Origin: Cirrosporium novae-zelandiae
Taxonomy: Eukaryota
Direction of reading: 5' to 3'
Assembly (NCBI GenBank): GCA_026023565.1
Contig: JAPETS010000008.1
Coordinates: forward strand, 186,001-250,000
DNA length: 64,000 bases
Shown here: positions 53,827 through 64,000 of the stretch, in pieces
Numbering within the stretch: the stretch's first letter is position 1
Layout: every line of letters starts with the position of its first letter
Made by a program: the position numbers and the translations under genes
The notes under the pieces: generated by a model
Told to the model about the DNA's origin: nothing
The model's input: only the letters and a program-made list of their open reading frames with translations
Databases searched by the model: none

Positions 53827-53997
53827 ATGTGTCTCCCATCCCACTGCACTCACTGCCAGAAAAAAACCTGGTGGGGCTGCGGCCAACACATCGCCTCCGT
53901 CATGGACTCCATCCCGGAATCTGAACGCTGCACCTGCGACCCTAAAGTCACGTTTCAGGGGAAAGATTACCCTCCCAAGGGTGACAAGAAGGATTGA
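53827..53997 (+). CDS. 56-aa Cys/His-rich microprotein (putative zinc-binding)
   Basis: MCLPSHCTHCQKKTWWGCGQHIASVMDSIPESERCTCDPKVTFQGKDYPPKGDKKD*; AAAAATG context; C-ending codon bias; below the ORF-track cutoff. Confidence 0.85.
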   Translation: MCLPSHCTHCQKKTWWGCGQHIASVMDSIPESERCTCDPKVTFQGKDYPPKGDKKD

Positions 53998-56253
53998 CTC
54001 GCCGTTCCTGGGGCCGTGTTTGGGAGACTTTGGAGTGGGGTGAAGGGGTTGAAGTTGGGAGATAGCTTTAAGGGATGGGGTTCTACGGACGGGACGGGGG
54101 GGGGGACAGGACTGGAAGGGAGGGAGGGATCAGTGAGGCGTAAGCTTGTTACTTGGGCTTAAGGTTTTCTTTTTGGGAGGTTGGGGCGGAGTGTAATTGG
54201 GGCGTGGAATGATAATGATGATGATAATTCGTTCAATGGCTTTGTCAGTTCTCTCCTCGATATAAGTATTCTCGTCCTTGTTTCTGTTGTATCATTTAGA
54301 TACGACTAGCATCATCAATTTGGTCTTGTAGAGCCGAGAATGTATGGAAGTGTATATACTTGCTTGAGTTGAAGGTACTGGGTGTGGAAGTGCCACATCA
54401 TCTGCTCCCTGAACCAAGTCCTCAAAGTCAAAATTGTCTGCGTAGGGTTAGAATTTAAATTATCAGTCTTGGAGAAATATGATGATGGCTTTAAGAAGTA
54501 TCAGCACTAGTTTTAGCTTTTGACAAGAGTACACATGCCCTCGGAATTGTGAAGAAGTCATAACGTGGAGAATGGATGGTGGAGGTGAATTTCATGAGCT
54601 CCGCTTAGATTAATCTGTTGCTATCACCATGCTTGTTACTCCTAGTAACGAGCACTATCTCCAAGCTATACTGTGTCATAATATCCCCTTCTCTTCTTCA
54701 AATAGATCCGAGATAGTTGATTGATGATTCTGTAAGTGTAGTAAACTTCTGCGAGTTTTTGATCTGTCTTTAACCTCATCCTGCTGATATCTGACTAAGA
54801 GACTCTTCTCCAGATTCGGAAATGTCTTGTAAGGCTCTCGTTTGCGGAATTGGTTAGGATTTTCCATCAATACAACAGTGAACGCTCTTTCTAGCTTTTC
54901 ATGTGAAAAGACGGTAAATTTCAGGAACATTTGACAAGCAATGAGAGAACGTGTGGTCCACAGATCACGATTGATCTGGGTCGCCTCCACCTCAAAGGTT
55001 TTCTTAACTGGTTGACAACTTTCGATTGTGACAAAATATCTCCGCAGAAGCTGTTCTGTAGACTAGATACTTCACCTAGAAAATACTAGCCATCCATGGT
55101 ATCCCGTGGTTTTAGGAACTTGGGAAGCCAAGAGGTTGAGGATTGGTCCGGAAAATTCATATTGGAATATTTGAGTATAGAAGAACCGAATTATTTCCCC
55201 GTATGCTATACCGTGGCAGGAACAAAAACCTACCTAGGTAGGCTGGGAATTTATACATTAATATTTAATATGTCCTGTAGTATAAATGGCCGGCATCGGG
55301 GGGAATAAACCCGAGAAATAAAATGCACAATTATTCTAGCCCAAACCGCCCATCATCTCCAACACCATAATTAACTTGAAGAACATCACGCAACAAGAAT
55401 TAAATCAATGCCACGTCTTGTCCCCCCGCAATCTAGGAACATGGCTATTTCTTCCATGATTCTTCACAAGGCCAAGCCTTCGAATCCCCAGTTTCGTTCG
55501 CATCCACCCGTCTCATGGGTAGAAAGATCCACGAATCACTTATAGTTCCTTCTCATCGTGGCAGTTCACGTTCTGATTTCATCCAAATTTATTCATCGGA
55601 CTTTTATGTCCAGATGAACACACATTCCTCTTCCGATATAACCATCAGACAGTTCAGACATTCCATTTAGTTAATATAAAATAGATGTAACCGTTCCCTA
55701 GCGAAGTAACGCTAAAAGGATGGTCCACTGGCCAAGGATGTTTCATAGAAATGCCAATGCCACAAATACCTAAACTACTGAACAACTCAACACCTGCTCA
55801 CTTTTAGTCAGTCCGTTTATTTCCATACATATTCGTGGCTAAAACTCTGATATTGTTGTGCCTGACACTATCTGGCATACAATGTCTATCGGTTGATTAA
55901 TAAATTGCTAGAATGTGAAACTTGGCATCAATAAGCTTATCCAAAGTTCACTTGTGCTGTTTATCTGAGACAGCCAGCGGAGGAATATCTTCTATCATAT
56001 TCAATCTCGCATGCTAGCTCAGTAAAGGACAACGCCGATTGAGTGGCCTCATAAATTATAATATATTTATATACTCAAGCTATCCCGATTTTCCACCAAC
56101 CAAGCTATTAGTGGATCGTACTTCTTGAGCTTCCTATCTTGGCTTGATCTGTTCTAGAATTCGTGTCATGTCTTCTTATAATTAGTAGACTCCTCCCGCA
56201 TCTTATACTCGCTTCCTCTTCAACTATCTAACACTTGGGGGTTCTTCATTACA

Positions 56254-57453
56254 ATGTTGTTTTCCGTTCTCACTGCCACGCTGTTGGCAGCTGTAGGCAT
56301 TCAAGCCTACTCCGATCCAGAGAGTTGTACAGGTGCCTGCTGGGCCCATGATCCTTCTGTGATCAAGCGTACTTCTGATGGAGAATGGTTCCGATTTAAC
56401 ACTGGTAGCGAAATCGGTATCTGGAAGGCATCTTCCCTCGAGGGTTCTTGGGTTTATCAGGGCAAAGCTTTCCCTGATGGATCAAGCATCGATTTGGATG
56501 GTAACACCGACCTTTGGGTACGCGACATACCTTACTCTCATCAAACCAACAAATATTTTGAAATCTAATTTGCACTCCTTATAGGCACCCGATGTCCACA
56601 AAGTCGGATCTAAATATATAATGGCAAGTATTATAAAGCTAAAACCGCATGCTTGGAAGAATATCTAATTGGAAATTAGTACTACTCAGTATCTACATCA
56701 GGCTCTCAGACCTCCGCAATTGGATATGCAACATCCTCCACAATGGAATACGGCTCATGGACCGACCACGGTTCCACTGGTATCGCCTCAACTTCTTCTA
56801 AAAACTACAATGCCATCGATGCCGCTTTGATCGAAACTTCGGATGGGGATTACTACATGAACTTCGGAAGTTTCTGGGGTGATATTTATCAAGTGCGTTC
56901 ACAAACTCGACTTCGGAATTTCAATTTTATATATCTAATACTATCCATAGGTTGCCATGAACTCCGGAGCAACCAAGTCTAGCGGAAGTGCCTACCAGAT
57001 TGCATACAACGGGACTGGAACCCATCCTCTCGAGGGAAGCTATATGTACTATCGCTCTGGATACTACTATCTTTTCTTCTCATCTGGCATCTGCTGTGGT
57101 TACGACAGTGATAAGCCATCCGCAGGTGAAGAATACAAGATCTACGTCTGTCGATCAACCTCTGTTTCAGGGACGTTCTACGACAAGTCTGGTACTTCGT
57201 GTTTGAAGGCCGGCGGTACTCTTGTTCTTGCTTCCCACGGTACCGTCTACGGACCGGGAGGACAGGGGATTCTCGCGGACGATGATTATGGTACCGTTAT
57301 GTACTACCACTATGCCGATACCTCTGTCGGTCTCGCTGATTCGGAGTATCAGTTTGGATGGAACACGCTCACCTGGGTAAGCTTATTTCATCTCTTTCTA
57401 CCATTCTTGGCTAATAGAGTTCTATCTAGTCTTCTGGCTGGCCTAGTGTATAA
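56254..57453 (+). CDS. abnA: GH43 endo-1,5-alpha-L-arabinanase; 5 exons, intron 2 GC-AG (56624-56679)
   Basis: Signal peptide, [60 protein letters not shown]. Confidence 0.92.
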
Positions 57454-57901
57454 CCGCTTTCATGTTTTGATCAACTTGCTACTCCTGGTAGCGTATGACC
57501 TACTAATATCGCTATTTACTCATCGAGAGAAATGTTTTATAGTGCGGTATGCGACTGTACATATTGATGACGACGATAATTGACGAAGGAGATGATGCTA
57601 CAAATAACCCTATCAATCTACCCTACTTCTTGTATATAGGTCTTTCCAAAAAGAAAAAATTAAAAATGAGTAATCTAAAGTGGTTATTCTAAAAGCGAAA
57701 CCACAATTGCTCCTGACCCGTTGAAAATAGCGACCGCAATATTAATTGCTTTGATCTAAAAACAGGCTGACAAGAGGAAAGTGAAAGAGCACCCATCTTT
57801 GGCTAGTAGATTGAAACCGCCGATACCCTCGTATTACATGTATCTCAAAGCATGCCGCTCAGTATCAAAAATGCCTATGCGATTATGACTTCTTTCGAAT
57901 T

Positions 57902-58942
57902 CTAGACGATAGTATCCACGCGAGGTACCTTTTCCCGGAGAATCCCCATCACTTCATCCCACATGCCCTTTTGCATTGTTTCATATTTAGGGCTCGGAAT
58001 ATATTCACCAGGCCTGGCAGAATGTGTCAGTATTGCGCATGAGGGACGTGAGATTAAAATGTTTACTCTGTCAGTTTATCGAAAACCCATCACTTTCCAT
58101 GGGATTTATTCCCTAGTATCGTGGAACCGACGAGCGTACGACTCCCTTGTTCCGCCGTTCATAGGAGAAGGAATGAGAATATTTCTTTTATGGCTTTGAC
58201 GATGGGATTGTTAAAGTCGCGGTGGACATCCGTCGCGCAGCTACCAGGGCAGTTGTGTCGTTGATTATGACTTCGGGTCCACCATTAGGTGCAATGCATC
58301 GTGCCGCTAGTTCCCTCGTCATCCACATCATGAAAAGTTTTGAGAGGGAGCATTGATTCATCATAGAATAACCTTTTCCTGTGTTATGGCTGTGTAACAT
58401 CTGATCCTTCTCTGAGGCTTTGGGTTTAATATCTTTGTGCCCAGTTGAAGCAATGATTGTCAGATGTGCGGATGTGGTTTTAGCTTTTGAGGCTTTCAGC
58501 TTGTCGAGGAGCAGGATGGTTAAAAGGGCTGTGGAGAGTAGATTGATTTGCATCATCTTTTCCCATCCTTCAAGAGACACACTGTAGTCTTTTGCGAGTA
58601 CTCCAGCGTTGAGGAAAGCGATATCCACACGTGGAAGCTCGCGATCTACCCGGCTAGCAAATTCAACGATGCTTTCATATCGGTCTATGTCAATTTTCCA
58701 TACTTCAACTAACCCTTTCCGCTGAGTCTTCTCTTCGATTGCGTTCTTTGCGCGCTGGCCTTTCTCGTTGTTGCGAATGGAAAGGATGACTTTCGATGCC
58801 CCTAATTCCGTGTATTTTAGGGCTGCTTCGTATCCGATTCCGGTATTCGAGCCGGTGACAATGACGGTCTTGTCCACAAAGCTGGCAGTGATCTTGGTCC
58901 CCGCTAAATCTTTCCTTTCAATATGAATATAGGATCACTCAT
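57902..58942 (-). pseudogene. Short-chain dehydrogenase/reductase (retinol-DH-like) pseudogene
   Basis: VTGSNTGIG and LNAG motifs; frameshifts at ~58925, ~58250 and ~58160; in-frame TGA 58090-58092; YxxxK reads CSLSK. Confidence 0.85.
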
Positions 58943-59774
58943 GTTGTTCTAATGGGTGATATGATGAATTCGATTTTGTTGGTGGGGTCGGATGGCTGGA
59001 ATGAAGTGTGTGAAGGTTGTGATGTCTGTTCGATTCTGCATATAAGTATCTCCGGCATTATTATTCGTATAAGCTCTTGTGCTGATCAATACAAAGGCCC
59101 GTTCAGTCATTCCGCAGGACCTTGTGCGTGCGAAAGGGAAGAGGACGTGATTCACAACTGCTTGAGCCAATCACTCTAAAACGATCCATGATCCTTTAGA
59201 GACAACGCCTCCCTACCTAGGCAGTAGTGATTGGCAAGTGCCTGTTTATAAGAAAAAGGTCATGTTTCGTCATTTTGAATTGCGAAGAACGGCATCGGAA
59301 AAAAATAAAAATGAGCCCATTCTAACTACGTAAGTTTTTCACATCAATAGTTCGAATTACCCTACCTATGAACTAGGGAACAACTGTTCTAAGATTAACT
59401 CAGAAAAAACTGAGAATGATAGGGTCAATGAATGAAGCACAGTGAAGAATGAGGATACCAGAGAACTTCAGTAAACTTAAAGTGTGGCAACATGTGGTTC
59501 TGCTTGTCTTCCAATAGTGAGGACCGTAATAGTTCAGCCGAATTTCAGCAGTGTAGAGTAAGTAGCAGAATAGCCAAAGCCAAAACTGAAGCCAACATTA
59601 CTAATCTGAAACCTGGAAGTGTTGCACGTGACTACGTTTTAATTTCGAGTTGATGAATCTAAGCTTGGGATGCCCTTGGTTTTATCGAACTGTGCCAGTA
59701 TTATAGCAACAAGCAAACATACCCGATATATCTTCTCCACCATTTTTTATTATGAAATACTATTTGTCATATCA

Positions 59775-61900
59775 ATGACGCGAACTAGTGACTCCAGCTA
59801 CCGCTTTTCAAAGAAGATGCGGAAGGGCACCCGCAGTTGTGTTGAATGCAGACGCCGTAAGGTACGCTGTATTTTCGTGCCTGGTGCGCAAATCTGTGAT
59901 AATTGCATCTCTCGGAAGACAACATGCATTGATCAAGAACATGCGAGTGTAAATGCGGAGAGCGCTCAAGAACGGGAAAATAATGAGCTTAAAACTCTCA
60001 TCAACCAACTGCTACAGAAGCTGGATTCAAAAGGCGAGGCGGATAGTGTCGTGGAATCAGATATCATCGCGGAGAGGGCTCTCAGGGTTCTTCGATCCGA
60101 GCTTTTGTCGTCCACAGGTACCGCAGCAGATATACTACCTAGCATACCAAGTCCAGATCCATTCAATGATTCTAAGGTGGCAGAGGATCATACGAACAGT
60201 GGGCCATTACTTAGCCTATTTGATGTTGCCCTCTTAAGTCAACAGAGGAATGATCATATCCCGGACGGTCTGCTTCAAGCCGAAAGTTCCAGCCATAGAT
60301 CCCTTACAGAGAAGAACAGACGAATTCTTGACGCATTGAAGACTTTGATACCGACTCCTGAAGATCTGACTTTGATACTACAAGCCAGTCCCGACTGCTA
60401 AAAAACGTGGTCTGAATCCTTTCCAGCCATCGTGGGCGGCCAATTAGTGGATGTCGAACCTGGCAGTATCAATAATATTATCGATCACATACATCGGACT
60501 CTTGATTCGGACATCGTCCCCGAAATCGCCAAGGCCATACTTTACCTTGCCCTTTCTATCCAGCAAATTCCCGTAGAGTTCGATTTCTCTCAAACAAACT
60601 TACCCGCATTGCCAGAAGCTTTTCAAGACTAATACCCAGCATCAGTGGAAGCTCTCCTTGCACCGGATGAAGGCGATGCTTGTACAATTAGTGGGTTAGA
60701 ATGTATGATGGCACAATCAAAGTTCTACGTGAACTTGGATAAACCACGTAAGGCTTGGCTGATATACCGACGTGCCATTTCGTTGGGTAATCTCCTAGGG
60801 CTCCACCGTCAGCCCTGCGATTCTATAGATAGTCAATCCAGGCGTCAAAAGTGCGTTATGGCAGGATTTATGTATAGTCGAAAGGATCCTGTCTATAACA
60901 CTAAGTCTCCCTTCATCGATTTCAGAAAATCAAATGATCTTTAAAAAATACTGGCAGCATAGGGGAAGTACCCTACGGAGGATATCTTATGACGAGATTA
61001 AGTTTCATAATTGGGCATATTCTTGGCCGCAATTAATATCTAGACAAGATGGACTTTCTCACGACTGCAAAAATCGATCAAGAGCTGCAGGATTGTAAAA
61101 ATACAATCCCGTTAGACTGGTGGACAACATCTCCTAGTATCGATATGTCCTTAGAGAAGTTGCATGACATGTTTCGTGCCAAGTTTTGCTATCATCATGT
61201 GCGTAGGTTTCTTCACCTTCCATTCATGTTGAAAGTTTCAAGCGACATCCGGTATGAGTATAGCAGGGTAGTAACATTAGAATCCTCAAGGGAGATGATA
61301 AAGGTCTATCAAATACTCAGGAATCCACAAAGGCCAGCGATCACAATATGCGATGTAGTGGATTACCAAGCATTCACTACTTCGATGTCGCTCATCATTA
61401 ATCTCCTGACCTATTCTCAATCATACGTTCCACGCGATCTTCAACAGGATGAGCTAGACTGGGACATAATTTATAACCTGAAGCAATATCTTAGACAATT
61501 CTCTGAGGAACGACCATGCAGTGTAGCCACTCAAGCCGTACGGCTACTGGATGATTTTTGCAGGGCCCGTTATGGCTTGCCTAATCCGGGAGATCATATA
61601 TGCCAAGTCGCCATCCCTTATTTCAGGGTGGTTCGTGTCAGCAGCGTCCAGGGAACCTCATCAAACAACGACTCATCCACAGCCCTGCAGAATTAGAAGC
61701 AGCCACAAAGTCCAGAGGTAGTAGATCTGATGATAACCGCAACTGATCTTGAACCAGAGCCCCAAATATCATTCGACAGCCACCTTCAGCCTCTTCCGGG
61801 AGATGCTCAGTTTTGGCAGGGGCTGGGGCCAGACTGGAGCTTAAACGCAAATTACGACTTGCGTGATGAATGGAAATGGTTTATGTCTGATCCCGCGTGA
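59775..61900 (+). pseudogene. Zn(II)2Cys6 transcription factor pseudogene
   Basis: CVECRRRKVRC-x7-CDNC-x6-C cluster intact; in-frame stops 60399, 60630, 61034, 61694 and frameshift ~60850, with no splice signals around them; Trp/acidic tail ends 61900. Confidence 0.85.
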
Positions 61901-62213
61901 ATGAACATCGAGCCTTCATTTTCCCCCTCCATCTATGTTAGTTAATAGTCCTTTGAGCCTAGCTTCACGAAACCGCTTAAGGGATATCGAGTGAGCGTCA
62001 TCAAAGTGTAATATTGATAGCATGATACGTATGTCTTTTAACCTGCACAAGAGTTGTTACCAACTACCAAAAGAAATAGCCAAATGCATTTCGAGATATA
62101 TCACTACACTGAATAATATTTCTAGATTCGATGCTCATTTCTCGAAGGACTTTTTAACCTAATTGAACTAGATTAAATGCCTAACACTTATACCTATCTG
62201 TACACAGACTACC

Positions 62214-63176
62214 TCACCAATCTTCACGTCCCAGTTTGTCAAAATGAACTTTAAACCAATTAACTGCCTGTTCTTCTGCCTCCAATCCCTGTCGCTTCTC
62301 TTTATCATCTCCTGGTGTCCCTCGAATAGCAAAGCCATGCTTTGTGCCCGGCTAAATTACAACCTGGTTTTCAACATCCTTCTTTTTCCCCTCCAGGACC
62401 ACCTTGATTTTATTCACACCTTCTAGATTCAACGCAATATCAGAATCCCTAATAGCCATCGCAAAGGGCTTCGCGATCTTGTTGATTTCATTGGGAATGT
62501 CTAGGTCGCCTCGATGTGCAACAAACACCGCATCCACAGTCAGCTTTCCGTTTGCTAGTATCTCGCCGCGTGCGAGATGAACACTAGGCTTACCGCCCCA
62601 GCAATACCCTGCCACCCCGAGCGGTAGGTTCGCGGCCTCGTTGTTTCGCAAGGCCGTAAAGAAGGATCGAACTCGTGGCATTGTCATCGAGAATTAGACG
62701 AATGCGAAGAAGGGGATAAAGCTTGCTGCTACATGCAAAGCGTAGTGTGTTTATTTCATGGTCATCAACAATAGCATCTCAACTTCAAGCCAGTTACTCG
62801 GTCAGTTAGGGAATCGAGAAAACTTACGGTTTCAACATCCAGGCCCAAACCCCCTTCTCATACATGAGTTTGGGAAATAATTCAATAGAGAAAGAGAACA
62901 CGCATAGCCTATATATATCCTACCTCAGAAACACACCAAATAAAAACCCAACAACCTCCTCAAAAAACAAAACGTCACCCTCTCTCTCCCTCTCCCACTC
63001 TTTCTCCCACCCAACACACACACGCTTCCTTCAGAGAACTAACTCGCCATCCATAAACTCAGGCACATAAACCCTCCACCCCCCTTTCCTCGCCATTTCA
63101 TCCGCCAAAACCCGACAGTTGGGAAACGTCTATCCACGCGCATCTGGGGATAATCACTATGATTCCTTTTGGAGAC

Positions 63177-63207
<31 letters not shown>

Positions 63208-63313
63208 GAGATATTGATTCGGCCATATATGTGGGAAGACCGTGCAGTTTTATTTCTTGCCCGGATGGCTTACCCATGTGGATGGTGCCAATGAAGCAGG
63301 ATGGACAGAACGT
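62214..63313 (-). pseudogene. Dienelactone hydrolase-family pseudogene
   Basis: (ACG)FCPSCFIGTIH, IIVIIP/DA.G*, LAD...VYVPEFMDG, GYCWGG, *PGTKHGFAIRG; start codon reads ACG; frameshift ~63147; TAG at 63130 and 62352. Confidence 0.85.
63176..63208 (-). repeat. (CAA)10 CAG microsatellite, poly-Gln inside the hydrolase pseudogene exon 1
   Basis: (TTG)10 on the + strand. Confidence 0.9.
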
Positions 63314-64000
63314 TTTTTTTTTCTCTTTTTTTTCTTTCGGTTAGACGGTTATGGGGGTAATGGTGGGTACGTGGGCAGCGGGGCGTTGGGTAGTCGATGG
63401 GTCAAGGGAAGATAGAGATTTATAAACAAGAGATCGACCAAAAATATATATATATAAATTGCCAGTCAATACAGCAATATAAGAATATCCAAATAGAAAA
63501 AAACTTATATCCCTGAGGGCCAAAGCCATACCAAAGGAAGAAAGGATAAGAAAAAAATAAAATTAAAGAGGCTCTCACTTGGCTTCAAATACAACCTCCA
63601 CATTAGACTTTCCCTCATACATTCATACATTCATACATACATTAGTTCATATTTTAATTCTCTTACTAATTAATCAAAAAAAAGTTTGTTCTCTTTCTTT
63701 CTTTCTTTTCCCCTTTTGCCTTTTTGGTTGTGATGATATTCGGTCGAATTCGGTCGAAAATAAACGTGCTGTAATTATAGCATCATGTAGGAGGAATATC
63801 ATACATCATCTATATCTTTTCTACCTTCCATGCTATGCTATACCATATATGTATAACACTAAATTTTTTAGTGCTTGTGTTGTGTAGTGTAGTGTAGAAA
63901 GATCGGGTTAAGTAGGACTATCTATATCTAAGATATGTGATTAATCAGGAAATTTGGATTTATTCGGCTTCTTCAGCTAGAGTAAACTTCATCTGAATTA

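Noticed and set aside
59775..61900. TF stops as introns, read-through or A-to-I editing sites
   Set aside because: Mostly TAA, no flanking splice signals, plus a frameshift; neighbours are also broken.

Overview
Eukaryotic genomic DNA from a filamentous ascomycete (Pezizomycotina, probably Eurotiomycete-like). It is gene-dense, with short (~50-110 nt) GT-AG introns carrying CTRAY branch points. The left half (1-35 kb) is mostly housekeeping genes: GPI-anchored aspartic protease, mitochondrial SAP-domain protein, FMN alpha-hydroxy-acid oxidase, AVT2-like amino-acid transporter, RAD52, a C2H2 protein, UBA-UBX protein, VAP/Scs2, VDAC porin, MetAP2, a J-domain protein and DES1. The 36-49 kb block is accessory: orphan or decayed genes, an NAD(P)-binding protein, an intron-containing tRNA-Pro(CGG), a MOD-A/modin-like gene and a 6-exon orphan with a CCCH zinc finger. 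Further right lie ATG33, SPS19, a 56-aa Cys-rich microprotein missed by the ORF track, a GH43 arabinanase, and a three-gene SDR + Zn2Cys6 TF + dienelactone-hydrolase module in which all three genes are pseudogenised. No CRISPR array, rRNA or intact transposon was seen, and no novel system is demonstrated. Best leads: the co-decayed module, possible mitochondrion/peroxisome dual targeting of SPS19, GC-AG introns, the long structured intron of the modin-like gene and the split CCCH orphan. Family assignments come from motif recognition, not database searches, and exon boundaries were read by eye.
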